Part shown: piece after piece, positions 29,043 to 38,948 of the stretch
How positions within the stretch are numbered: the first letter of the stretch is position 1
Layout of the letters: the number at the start of each line of letters is the position of its first letter
NCBI GenBank assembly: GCA_044070495.1
Contig: JBIPSI010000004.1
Location: forward strand, 32,001 to 96,000
Direction of reading: 5' to 3'
From: Spirulina sp.
GTDB taxonomy: Bacteria > Cyanobacteriota > Cyanobacteriia > Phormidesmidales > Phormidesmidaceae
DNA length: 64,000 nucleotides
The notes under the pieces: model-generated
Database searches by the model: none
Seen by the model: the letters and a program-made list of their open reading frames with translations, nothing else
What the model was told of the DNA's origin: nothing
Translations under genes and position numbers: made by a program

Positions 29043-30473
29043 GTGCCTTCCCGTAATCCCCGCCCGTCCTCTATGCGCCCTACTCCCCAGCATCCCCAGC
29101 CACCCACCGCCTGGTCTCGTACGGGGGTAAAGCGCAAACCTTCTCGCTGGCGTTGGCCTCGGGTGATTGGCATTAGTGTGGCTTTGGCGGGGGTGGCCAG
29201 TGTATCGGCGATGGCGGGGGCGCTGCTGGCGGTGTCGCTGTCGGCAACACCGCTTCAACAGCAGCAACTCACCGCCGATGATGCCAACGTCTTCAACCAA
29301 GACAACCCCATTTCCTCCGGCGGCAGTTTGCGGTTGCCCCGACTCACCCGTCCGGTCAACATTCTGGTGTTGGGTGTTAAGGTGCTGACCACCGATGTCA
29401 ATGAGGTACCCCCAGAACTGCGTAATCTGGGCTACCACGCCCTGGTCAACTCCTTTGAGGGGTTGTCCGATTCTATGCTGTTGATTCGGTTTAATCCGCA
29501 GACGGGGCAGTTGGTGGTGCTGTCTTTGCCCAGGGATACCCGCACCTACGTGCAAGGTCGCCTCACCAAACTCAATGAAGCCAATGCCCATGGCGGCCCT
29601 GCCCTAGCGGCAGAATCCGTCAGCGACTTACTGGGCGGAGTGGCGGTGGATCGCTACGTGCGCATCAACGTGCAGGGGGTAGAAAAACTGATCGATGCCC
29701 TGGGCGGGGTAACGGTGACGGTACCCCAGGACATGAAATACCAAGACGATAGCCAGCACCTCTACATCAACCTCAAGGCCGGAGAACAAAAGCTCAACGG
29801 CAACCAATCCCTACAATTCCTGAGATTCCGCTACGATGCCAACGGCGACATTGGCCGCATTCAGCGGCAGCAGATGTTTATGCGCGCCCTGGCAGAACAA
29901 ACCATCAACCCCGCTACCATTGCCCGCCTGCCCAAAATTCTGTCGGTGATTCAATCCAACGTCGATACCAACCTCTCGGTTGAGGAACTGCTGGCGCTGC
30001 TGGGCTATGCCTCCCAGGTCAACCGTTCCAATGTGCAAATGCTGATGCTGCCCGGAAACTTCAGTAGCCCCAGCGAATATTCCGTTAGCTACTGGTTACC
30101 CAGCTACGGCGACATCGACACCATGGTCGATCAATACTTTGGCTTTGGCACCCAAGCCGTATCCACCAGCCGCGAACCCAACCGTGTTCGCATCGCCATC
30201 CAAGACAGCACCAACAACCCTGTGGCGGTGCAAGCCCTCACCAACGCCCTACGGGAAAGCGGCTACTCCAACGTCTACGTGGACAAGGATCTCCAGACCC
30301 CCCTTCCCATCAGCCGCATTGTGGCCCAGCGGGGCGACATGGCCACCGCCGAAATGGTACAGCGATTCCTCGCCATCGGCGAAGCCCGCGTGGAAAGCAC
30401 CGGAGCCCTCAACTCCGACATCACCATCCAACTCGGCCAAGACTGGGCGCAAGGCCTAGGAGAAGCCCTCTAG
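29043..30473 (+). CDS. LytR-CpsA-Psr (LCP) family protein with LytR_C domain
   Basis: TM anchor, NILVLG, SDSMLL, SLPRDT, KLNEA, RFRYD..GDIGRIQRQ, SDITIQLGQDW. Confidence 0.93.
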   Translation: MPSRNPRPSSMRPTPQHPQPPTAWSRTGVKRKPSRWRWPRVIGISVALAGVASVSAMAGALLAVSLSATPLQQQQLTADDANVFNQDNPISSGGSLRLPRLTRPVNILVLGVKVLTTDVNEVPPELRNLGYHALVNSFEGLSDSMLLIRFNPQTGQLVVLSLPRDTRTYVQGRLTKLNEANAHGGPALAAESVSDLLGGVAVDRYVRINVQGVEKLIDALGGVTVTVPQDMKYQDDSQHLYINLKAGEQKLNGNQSLQFLRFRYDANGDIGRIQRQQMFMRALAEQTINPATIARLPKILSVIQSNVDTNLSVEELLALLGYASQVNRSNVQMLMLPGNFSSPSEYSVSYWLPSYGDIDTMVDQYFGFGTQAVSTSREPNRVRIAIQDSTNNPVAVQALTNALRESGYSNVYVDKDLQTPLPISRIVAQRGDMATAEMVQRFLAIGEARVESTGALNSDITIQLGQDWAQGLGEAL

Positions 30474-30583
30474 AACCATCCGCACATTAAGACATGGGCA
30501 GAAACATGAACAATCACATCATTCCCTAGCCAAGGTAGGAGAGGTCGTTTAGGATAAATCTAAAGAAATCCTTAAGTGTTGCC

Positions 30584-30793
30584 ATGAATCCCCATCTTCT
30601 GCGCCACTTGTGGTCCCTTGTAGACCGCTCCCAGAGTAGCTACCTCCTTGATTTGGACGATAACGGCCTCGTTCGCTGGCTGATAGACGAGTTCATGGTG
30701 CAACAGCCTATTAATCAAGCCGAAACCGTTCAGCTCGACCACTACATTCGCGCCAAAATCCCCCTCATCCGCGATCTCGCCCAGGAACATTAG
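30584..30793 (+). CDS. Small conserved cyanobacterial hypothetical protein
   Basis: MNP..LRHLWSLV...LLDLDD..LV...YIRAKIPLIRDLA pattern. Confidence 0.75.
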   Translation: MNPHLLRHLWSLVDRSQSSYLLDLDDNGLVRWLIDEFMVQQPINQAETVQLDHYIRAKIPLIRDLAQEH

Positions 30794-30938
30794 CGCCTGA
30801 GCCGCCCGACTCACCTACCCACTCCCCCCACCAGTCCAGCGGCCCCAGCGTTCGGCCTGTTTTTTTGATATATCGTTCTATTTTGCCCGTAAATATACGG
30901 TAGTCGCAGTCTTTTCAGGCTGAAGGTCTCCGGTATAG

Positions 30939-30954
30939 TGTTACGTGTAATACA
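30939..30954. promoter_or_regulatory. Candidate NtcA-binding site
   Basis: TGTTACGTGTAATACA = TGT-N10-ACA (GTT-N8-TAC), about 105 bp upstream of an amino-acid ABC operon. Confidence 0.5.
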
Positions 30955-31058
30955 AAATCAAAACCTAAACCAGTGGAATGTTAAGTAAGATTCTCATTTC
31001 TAGGGTTTAGGTTAGATTCTGTAACAGATCTTTGTTTTTGTGAGTGAGGTAGTGATTG

Positions 31059-32114
31059 ATGCGTAATAAGTGGGGTATTCTTGCGGCCACCCTGGGGCTA
31101 ACCCTAGCTGCCTGCGGTGGTGGCACCACGACCACCGATGGAGGCAGCGCACCTGCTGCTAGCGGTAGCCGTCTGGACGTTGTGAAGGAGCGCGGTCAAC
31201 TCCTCTGCGGGGTCGATGGTGGCATTCCTGGCTTTAGCTTTGTCGATGAAACCGGCACCTACTCTGGCCTAGACGTGGATGTGTGTAAGGCGGTGGCTGC
31301 CGCTGTGCTGGGCGATGCCGAAGCGGTAGAGTACCGTCGCCTCGATTCCACCGAGCGTTTCACCGCCCTGGCCGGGGGTGAGGTGGATATGCTTTCCCGG
31401 AACACCACCTGGACGATCAGCCGCGACACCAGCGTCGGTCTAGAGTTTGCCCCCACCACCTTCTTTGATGGCCAGGGCATGATGGTGCGGACGGACAGCG
31501 GTATTACCGAACTGGCCGATTTTGAGGGACGGGCCATCTGCGTGGAAACAGGCACCACCACCGAACTCAACCTGACCGACCAAATGCGTCAGCTCGGCGT
31601 AGACTTTGAGCCTGTGGTGTTCCAAGACGCCGACGCCGCCTATGCTGCCTACGACGAAGGTCGCTGCGAAGGCATGACCTCCGACAAATCTCAGCTCATC
31701 GCCCGCCGCAGCACCCTGCCCAACCCCGACGACCACACCCTGTTGGAAGTCACTATGTCCAAGGAACCCCTTGGCCCCGTGACCGTGAACAACGACTCTG
31801 CCTGGTTTGACGTGGTGAAATGGGTCACTTACGGCCTCATGCAGGCCGAGGAGTTTGGCATCACCTCCGCCAATATCGGCGACTTTGAAGCCTCGGATAA
31901 CCCCGACATCGCCCGTTTTCTAGGCCAAGAAGGCACGCTCGGCACCGACATGGGCTTGCCCAACGACTTCATGGTGCAGGTCATCACCCAAGTTGGCAAC
32001 TATGGTGAGGTCTTTGATCGCAACCTAGGGGCCGATTCTCAGTTCGCCCTAGAGCGCGGCCAAAATGCCCTCTGGACTGAAGGCGGGCTGATGTATTCTC
32101 CCCCGTTCCGCTAA
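31059..32114 (+). CDS. natF: Amino acid ABC transporter substrate-binding lipoprotein (AapJ/BztA/NatF)
   Basis: Lipobox LAAC, LSRNTTWT, ETGTTTE, SKEPLGP, GGLMYSPPFR. Confidence 0.92.
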   Translation: MRNKWGILAATLGLTLAACGGGTTTTDGGSAPAASGSRLDVVKERGQLLCGVDGGIPGFSFVDETGTYSGLDVDVCKAVAAAVLGDAEAVEYRRLDSTERFTALAGGEVDMLSRNTTWTISRDTSVGLEFAPTTFFDGQGMMVRTDSGITELADFEGRAICVETGTTTELNLTDQMRQLGVDFEPVVFQDADAAYAAYDEGRCEGMTSDKSQLIARRSTLPNPDDHTLLEVTMSKEPLGPVTVNNDSAWFDVVKWVTYGLMQAEEFGITSANIGDFEASDNPDIARFLGQEGTLGTDMGLPNDFMVQVITQVGNYGEVFDRNLGADSQFALERGQNALWTEGGLMYSPPFR

Positions 32115-32177
32115 AGGGCATTAACGGAGATAGGTTTTGTAGCGGCCCTGTTCTTTAGGGATGGCTAGATACTTTAT

Positions 32178-32211
32178 GGGTCAGAATCTTTTGAAGATTC
32201 TGACCCTTTTT
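32178..32211 (+). terminator. Intrinsic terminator/stabilising hairpin after the binding-protein gene
   Basis: 13-bp perfect stem GGGTCAGAATCTT/AAGATTCTGACCC followed by TTTTT. Confidence 0.8.
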
Positions 32212-32319
32212 ATAAAACCTTGTAACAAATTGAACTTTTCGTGACATCCACCTTAGATTATTTTGCATACAGCTTAGCCACTCCCGTCGGTGCGGAGTAA
32301 TGCTCTATAGGTGGCATAG

Positions 32320-33504
32320 ATGAATAGTAATAGCAGCAGCGAGTCTTTCCCTCAAAAGCTCAAGGCTTTGCTGCGAGATGAACGGTTTTGGCAAATTGCC
32401 TTTCAGGTCATTACCCTGGTGGTGGTGGCCATTTTGGCGGCTTTTTTCCTGGGTAACCTCAACCGTAACTTGGCCCAGCAAGGGCGAGCCTTTGGCTTTA
32501 GCTTTTTAACTAACCCAGCGGGGTTTAGCATTGGCGAAAGTTTGATTCGGTACCGCCCCAACGATCCCTACTGGCGGGCGCTGATGGTGGGTCTGGGTAA
32601 CACCCTCACCCTAGTGGCGGCGGGGATTGTTCTCACAACGACGCTCGGAACAGCGGCGGGGGTGTCTAGCTTTTCTAAGAACTGGCTGGTCCACAAGCTC
32701 AGTCGTTTGTACGTGGGCCTGGTGCGCAATGTGCCGCTGCTGTTGCAGTTGTTCTTTTGGTATTTCGCCATCTATGGCACTCTGCCCCGACCCGAAAGCC
32801 AAATTAGTCTGTCCAGTCTGGTCTACCTCAACAATCGGGGGGTCTACATCCCTTGGGCTGGAAGTGCGGTGCTAGCTTTGGTAGGGATTGGCGTCACCAT
32901 TGCCGCCGCCGTTGGTGCGCTGTGGCTTTGGCAGTGGCGCACCAAACTCCGCATTGAAACGGGCACTGGGGGCCAAAATCAACTGATGGCCCTGGTAGGT
33001 TTGGGGGTTCTGTGGCTGGCGTTTATGGTATTTGGCCTCAACTGGACGTTCCCCGATGGCGTGGAGGGCGGCGGCGTGACGGGCGGGCTGCGGCTCTCGC
33101 GGGAGTATGTAGCCTCCCTGTCGGCCCTGGTGTTTTATACCTCGGCCTTTGTGGCGGAAATTGTGCGGGCGGGCATTCAGTCGGTCTCCAGGGGCCAGTG
33201 GGAAGCGGCCCGTTCCCTGGGGTTTCAGCCCGGTTTGGTGATGCGGCTGGTGGTGTTTCCCCAGGCCCTGCGGGTGATTATTCCGCCCATGAACAGCGAA
33301 TTCATGAACCTGACCAAAAACACCAGTTTGGCCTTTGCCATCGCCTTTCCTGAAATGTATTCCGTGGCCAACACCACCTACAACCAAACCGGACGCCCAG
33401 TGGAGGTCTTTGTGGTGCTGATGGCCACCTACCTCATTCTCTGCTTGCTGATTACCCTGGCCATGAACCAGCTCAACCGCGCCGTGCAGTTTAAGGAACG
33501 CTAA
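32320..33504 (+). CDS. natG: Amino acid ABC transporter permease (AapQ/NatG)
   Basis: RNVPLLLQLFFWY, AEIVRAGIQSV..GQWEAA, NLTKNTSLA. Confidence 0.9.
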   Translation: MNSNSSSESFPQKLKALLRDERFWQIAFQVITLVVVAILAAFFLGNLNRNLAQQGRAFGFSFLTNPAGFSIGESLIRYRPNDPYWRALMVGLGNTLTLVAAGIVLTTTLGTAAGVSSFSKNWLVHKLSRLYVGLVRNVPLLLQLFFWYFAIYGTLPRPESQISLSSLVYLNNRGVYIPWAGSAVLALVGIGVTIAAAVGALWLWQWRTKLRIETGTGGQNQLMALVGLGVLWLAFMVFGLNWTFPDGVEGGGVTGGLRLSREYVASLSALVFYTSAFVAEIVRAGIQSVSRGQWEAARSLGFQPGLVMRLVVFPQALRVIIPPMNSEFMNLTKNTSLAFAIAFPEMYSVANTTYNQTGRPVEVFVVLMATYLILCLLITLAMNQLNRAVQFKER

Positions 33505-33507
33505 GGC

Positions 33508-34725
33508 ATGACCACCGTTACCCCCAAATCCCTCTCCTCGGCCCCGCCTGAGGTATTGGCCCTTGGCCCCGTGGCCTGGGCCAAAAAGAATCTCTTTAGC
33601 GATTGGTTCAATAGCCTACTGACGGTGGTGATTGTCACCATCTTTGGCCTAGGGCTGTTTCGCCTGCTGAATTGGGCCTTCACCACCGCCCAGTGGCAGG
33701 TGATTCCCAACAACTTCGGGTTGTTCATGACCGGGACGTTTCCCTCCGCCCTTTATCCGCGAATTTGGATTCTGCTGGCGATTATCTGTGCCCTAGCGGG
33801 GTTGTCCTGGGGGGTGTTGGGCCGCAATCTCTCCACCCTGTTTAGCCGCAATGTGTTGATTGGTCTGGGGGTAGTCTGTGCCTTCATCGTGCTGTTTCCC
33901 CCCACTCGGCCCCACACCCTAAAGCTGCTGCCCATGGTCGCCATCGTGGCCGGGACAGCGGCGGCAGGTCGCCAAGTGGGGCGCAAATTTCCGGGGGTGG
34001 GCAAGTGGGTCTCCCTCAGTTGGTTTTTGTCCTATTTCGTGGCGATTTGGCTGATTGGCGGTGGCTTGGGTCTCACCCGTGTCTCCACCAACGACTGGGG
34101 CGGCCTAGTGCTCACCCTGTTCACGGCGGTGAGCGGCATTGCCCTGTGTTTTCCCCTCGGCCTCATCCTAGCCCTGGGCCGACGCAGCACCCTGCCCGTG
34201 GTGCGCTGGCTCTCCACGGCCTACATCGAACTGGTGCGGGGGGTGCCCTTGGTGGCCCTGCTGTTCATGGGGCAGGTCATGATTCCGCTGTTTTTACCCG
34301 TGGGGGCGCGGCCCGACCGCGTTTTGCGAGCCATTATCGCCTTGGCCTTGTTTAGTGCGGCTTACCTCGCCGAAAACGTGCGGGCAGGTTTGCAGGCGGT
34401 GCCCCGTGGCCAGCAAGAAGCGGCCATGTCCCTCGGCCTCAACACCCCCATGACCCTCGGCCTGATTGTACTTCCCCAAGCCCTCAAGATCGCTATTCCT
34501 GCCATTGTGGGGCAGTTCATTAGTCTGTTCCAAGACACCACCCTATTGGCTGTGGTCGGCTTGGCGGAACTGCTGGGCATTGGCCGATCTATTCTGGCCA
34601 ACCCCACCTACCTGGGCCGTTACGCCGAGGTCTATCTCTTCCTGGCGGTGATCTACTGGTTCTTCTGCTATGCCATGTCTTTGGGGAGCCGCAAGATTGA
34701 GGAGAAGTTGAACAACGAACACTAG
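33508..34725 (+). CDS. natH: Amino acid ABC transporter permease (AapM/NatH)
   Basis: WGGLVLT, IELVRGVPL, AENVRAGLQAVPRGQ, FQDTTL. Confidence 0.9.
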   Translation: MTTVTPKSLSSAPPEVLALGPVAWAKKNLFSDWFNSLLTVVIVTIFGLGLFRLLNWAFTTAQWQVIPNNFGLFMTGTFPSALYPRIWILLAIICALAGLSWGVLGRNLSTLFSRNVLIGLGVVCAFIVLFPPTRPHTLKLLPMVAIVAGTAAAGRQVGRKFPGVGKWVSLSWFLSYFVAIWLIGGGLGLTRVSTNDWGGLVLTLFTAVSGIALCFPLGLILALGRRSTLPVVRWLSTAYIELVRGVPLVALLFMGQVMIPLFLPVGARPDRVLRAIIALALFSAAYLAENVRAGLQAVPRGQQEAAMSLGLNTPMTLGLIVLPQALKIAIPAIVGQFISLFQDTTLLAVVGLAELLGIGRSILANPTYLGRYAEVYLFLAVIYWFFCYAMSLGSRKIEEKLNNEH

Positions 34726-34818
34726 CTAGGAGCGCGGGGAGTCGGAATTAGAGCGTCGGGAGTTGGGAGCAATACCCAATCCGAGTTAGAAAATTCCGCA
34801 TTCCCAATCCGACAAACC

Positions 34819-34841
34819 GTAGGGTCGAGGTCTCCTCGCCC
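34819..34841 (+). repeat. GTAG-type REP-like palindrome (family A)
   Basis: GTAGGGTCGAGGTCTCCTCGCCC. Confidence 0.6.
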
Positions 34842-35125
34842 GTTGATATGGAGGTAAGCCAGCCAGATTTGGGGTGAGGAGTTGGGGATAGCGGCCCAGC
34901 AACGCTTAAGCACCGGGCCAAACCATCCTTCACCGATCCCCATCGTGTAACAGTTAACAGTTTGCCGTCCCGAAACCTTTTAGGGTTAAGGCAAAATAGC
35001 AATACCTGGGGTTGCTCCTAGGGGAATTGACAGCATCGGCAGGGCAAATGGGTTAAGCCAAGCTCGCCCAACCCTCAGAATTACAGATACCGAAAACACC
35101 GAACGATATCGATAAGGAAAAGCCC

Positions 35126-35905
35126 ATGACACAGTTTCAAACGGAGCAACCCTCTGCTCACCACATGACCGGCGAACCCGTGATTGTGGCCCGCGACGTG
35201 GAAAAGTGGTACGACAACGGCTTCCACGTGCTCAAGGGCGTCAGCATGACCGTCTACAAGGGGGAGGTGCTGGTGGTGATGGGGCCGTCTGGGTCGGGTA
35301 AATCCACCTTCATTCGCACCTTCAATGCCCTAGAGCCCTACCAAAAGGGCAGCATCGAAGTAGACGGCATCACCATTTCCCACGACCTGAAAAATATTGA
35401 AGCCATCCGGCGCGAGGTGGGCATGGTGTTTCAGCAGTTCAACCTGTTTCCCCACCTCACGGTGCTGCAAAACGTCACCCTCGCACCCATTTGGGTACGC
35501 CGCTGGCCTAAGGCGAAGGCCCAAGATGTGGCCATGCAGCTTTTGGAGCGGGTGGGCATTTTAGAACAGGCCCACAAATTCCCTGGACAACTCTCCGGCG
35601 GGCAGCAGCAGCGGGTGGCCATCGCCCGTTCCCTGGCCATGCAGCCCAAGGTGATGCTATTCGATGAACCCACCTCCGCCCTTGACCCGGAAATGGTGCG
35701 GGAGGTGCTCGATGTAATGCGTACCCTGGCGGATTCTGGCATGACCATGGTGTGCGTCACCCACGAAGTGGGCTTTGCCCGCGAGGTGGCCGACCGAGTG
35801 GTGCTCATGGATGGCGGTTACCTCGTCGAGGAAAACACCCCCCAAGAATTCTTCAGCAACCCCCGCGAAGATCGCACCCAGAAATTTCTCTCCCAGATTC
35901 TTTAA
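35126..35905 (+). CDS. bgtA: Amino acid ABC transporter ATP-binding protein (AapP/BgtA)
   Basis: [38 protein letters not shown]. Confidence 0.88.
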   Translation: MTQFQTEQPSAHHMTGEPVIVARDVEKWYDNGFHVLKGVSMTVYKGEVLVVMGPSGSGKSTFIRTFNALEPYQKGSIEVDGITISHDLKNIEAIRREVGMVFQQFNLFPHLTVLQNVTLAPIWVRRWPKAKAQDVAMQLLERVGILEQAHKFPGQLSGGQQQRVAIARSLAMQPKVMLFDEPTSALDPEMVREVLDVMRTLADSGMTMVCVTHEVGFAREVADRVVLMDGGYLVEENTPQEFFSNPREDRTQKFLSQIL

Positions 35906-36001
35906 TCCTAGGAACGATCCTCACGTCGGTTCAAACCCTCGTTTCACCGGTGCTAAGCCTATAAGTTGCTAAGCCTATAAAGGGACTTTGCGCCCCTTTA
36001 T

Positions 36002-36149
36002 ATAGCGAGTTTCAATCGAGTGAAGTACACCGCGAGGATCCCCCCTGCCCCCCTTATTAAGGGGGGTAAAAGGCTAATCTTCTATAGCTAGAAATCGGGG
36101 GGATCTGAAGCTCGGAAAATATTTACCTCACTGAACCGAGAACCGCTAT
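36002..36149. mobile_element. Small non-coding element with imperfect TIRs and a nested CCCCC/GGGGG hairpin element
   Basis: Left ATAGCGAGTTTCAATCGAGTGAAGTA vs reverse complement of right end ATAGCGGTTCTCGGTTCAGTGAGGTA; inner GATCCCCCC...GGGGGATC at 36037-36105. Confidence 0.6.
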
Positions 36150-36258
36150 CGTTTTTTTGGCGCGTAGAAAAATCTCCCTTGAGAACCAAGTCGCAACACT
36201 TATCCTCTTCGGTTCATCCCTTTAAGTCAGCAACGCCATTCATCAGCCGCTAACCACA

Positions 36259-38100
36259 TTAATCGATGGTCAGACTAAAGGGCATCCGCAGGTAGAGGCC
36301 GCGTGGGTCGTTGAGGGTCTGCACTAGGGTCAGGCTTTCGTTGAGCAGGCGTTGGCCTTGGGCGGTGAGGAGATCCGGCGATGGGGAGGCCTGGGCTTGG
36401 GTGGACAGGAAAGAGGCCCAGAATTGTTGCCAGTCGCTCGGCTGTGGGTAACTTTCTAAACGCCAGTCGTCGCCTAGTTCCGCCAGTTCCGCAGCCTTCT
36501 CAATGGCCACCTGTAGTCCCCCTAATTCATCAACGAGGCCCAAGCCTTGGCTGGTTTGGCCCGACCATACCCGCCCCTGGGCAATGTTGGCTACCTGTTC
36601 GCGGGGCAACTCCCGACCCGACTCAACCCGATCCAGAAAGGCGGTATAGAGGGTATCGACGGTGGATTGGAGGATGGCGAGTTCCTGATCAGTCTTGGGC
36701 CGCGAGATCGAAAAGATATCGGCCAGTTCAGCGGTTTTCACCCCTTCCCAGTTCAGCCCCACGGTGTTGCTGAGATTTTCTAGGTTGAGGAAAAGGCTAA
36801 ACACACCAATGGATCCGGTAATCGTGCCCGGTTGGGCCACAATGGCATCGGCGCTGGCGGCAATCCAGTAGCCCCCAGAGGCCGCCACATCCCCCATGGA
36901 CACCACCACCGGAATGCCCTCGGCCTGGATTAGCTGAATTTCCCGCAGGATCACCTCCGAGGCCAAGGCGCTGCCCCCCGGACTGTTCACCCGCAGCACC
37001 ACCGCCTTTACCTGGTCATCCTGGCGCAGTTGGCGCAGTTGGCGGGCCAGGGTATCGCCTGCAATCAGCCCTGTCCCCAGCCCGTCACCTCCCGCTTCGC
37101 CGTAGACAATCGGCCCCTCGGCGTAGACCACCGCCACCTGGGATTTGGCGTTACGGTTGGCCCAGGCATCCTCCACGGTGGTGGCATAGGTAGGTAGATC
37201 AATCTGTCGAAAGTCGGCCTCATCCGTATCCGGGGATTCTTCTCCGGTGAGTTCTCTCAGGGCGGTCACCACCTCATCTTCGTAGGCCAGTTCGTCCACT
37301 AACCCCTGGGTTTTAGCCGCCTCCCCAAACAGAAACCCTTGGGTATTGGCAATGGTCTGAAGTTGTTGGGGCGAAAGGGATCGGGCGGTGGAAATATCCG
37401 TCAGCAGCCCTTGCCACAGGTCTTGCAATAGGCGCTGGGTTTGCTCCCGTTCTTCGGGACTCATGGTGCTGTTGGTAAAAGGTTCCACCGCCGACTTGTA
37501 GGCTCCGGTGCGGGTGACCTGAACGCCAATGCCCAGTTTATCCAGGGCATCGGCCTGGTATAGGGTTTCGCTGTAGAGGCCGTTCATTTCCAGGTCGCCA
37601 AAGGGATGCAGGTAGAGGGTATCCGCCAGGGCCACCAGGGCATATTCCCGCTCGCTCCAGTCCACATCGTAGGCCAGGATGGGTTTGCCCGATGCCTTAA
37701 AGCGGGTGAGGGCCTGGTAAATTTCCTGCTGATTCGCTAACCCAGTCCCCACCGTCGTGGGGCTTCCCTTGAGGTAGAGGGCGACGATTTGATCATCCTC
37801 GGCGGCGGCATCTATGGCCAAAACCGCCTGCCGCAGGGACACCTGGGGCGGCACCGGGCCATTGACGACAAAATCCCCTGGGCCTTGAAAAATGGGCGAG
37901 TCGGGAACCAAGGTGGAGAGGTCGTACACCAGCACGGAATCCTTTTCCACCGTTGGACTATCGCCGCCGCCCCTGGCAAGGCTGGCCACCAAGGCCCCGG
38001 CCAACCCCACCGCTCCCAGGGTAAGCAAAAAGCCCATCAGCAGAAAGAACAAAATCGATCCGGTGAGGCTGGCCAGGGTGTATTTCAAAAACTGCCGCAT
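36259..38100 (-). CDS. sppA: Signal peptide peptidase SppA, 67K type
   Basis: GAYKSAVEPF, LRVNSPGGS, SMGDVAASGGYW, TGSIGV, AQGRVW, GLVDELG. Confidence 0.95.
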   Translation of the reverse strand: MRQFLKYTLASLTGSILFFLLMGFLLTLGAVGLAGALVASLARGGGDSPTVEKDSVLVYDLSTLVPDSPIFQGPGDFVVNGPVPPQVSLRQAVLAIDAAAEDDQIVALYLKGSPTTVGTGLANQQEIYQALTRFKASGKPILAYDVDWSEREYALVALADTLYLHPFGDLEMNGLYSETLYQADALDKLGIGVQVTRTGAYKSAVEPFTNSTMSPEEREQTQRLLQDLWQGLLTDISTARSLSPQQLQTIANTQGFLFGEAAKTQGLVDELAYEDEVVTALRELTGEESPDTDEADFRQIDLPTYATTVEDAWANRNAKSQVAVVYAEGPIVYGEAGGDGLGTGLIAGDTLARQLRQLRQDDQVKAVVLRVNSPGGSALASEVILREIQLIQAEGIPVVVSMGDVAASGGYWIAASADAIVAQPGTITGSIGVFSLFLNLENLSNTVGLNWEGVKTAELADIFSISRPKTDQELAILQSTVDTLYTAFLDRVESGRELPREQVANIAQGRVWSGQTSQGLGLVDELGGLQVAIEKAAELAELGDDWRLESYPQPSDWQQFWASFLSTQAQASPSPDLLTAQGQRLLNESLTLVQTLNDPRGLYLRMPFSLTID

Positions 38101-38948
38101 GGGAGGGATCTCACGCAAGGATAGTGGCTACTAATGTACTGCAACGGAGCAGTGGATAGCTGGCACCCAAGGAAAATGGAGATTTACCAGCACTAACAGG
38201 ATTGAGCAGGGCATCTTAGCAAAAACTTCATGGGACGGCCTAGACCTCTTCAACTAAACTTCTTGATCTAGGATGAAAACGGGCTTTATTCTTAAATTTA
38301 GCTTTAATTTTACCGCAGAAACACTGAAAAGGTTATCGGTAGACGACCACACCCACCTGCGTAGATTTGCGTTGCACAGATGCTCTTGCCCCATCATGAT
38401 GATGGAGATGCGCTAGGTATGCTCAGAGTCAGCCCATAACCTAAAAGCCCCGAGATGAGCTGTCAGGCTAAATTTCAATAACATTCCAGATTGCAGCCAT
38501 CGCCAATGCGGTCAGCTTGAGCAAAGACATCTTTACTTTTAGAAGGTATCTATGAATTCTTAAATTTTTGGCAAGTTATTTTTATCGAAATGCTCTGCTA
38601 CCTGTTAGGCAGCTTCATTGTCATTGCCAGATTGCCAACTATGCGGCAACAACATTCCCTTCCTTGATACATCGATAAAAATGAACAATGTTTAGTCGGC
38701 TGTTGATTTTCAAAGAGTACTTGAAGACCGACCTGTTGTAGCTTTAGCCATCCGTCTATTTCCCCTACCCCATTGCCAGCCGGTATTGAGGGGAATACTT
38801 ACTTTAGCTACAGCTAATAGAGCCTGTCAAACATCCTCTCAATCTGTGGATTCAAATGCACAGAAAACAATTTACATATTCAGTTCTTTTCCTTGAATAG
38901 CTTGATTTCCACAGATTAATTTTGTTTAGCCTAAGTAGCGAGGTCTTT

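Noticed and set aside
35925..35950. tRNA fragment (GGTTCAAACCC)
   Set aside because: T-loop-like word only; no acceptor or anticodon arms
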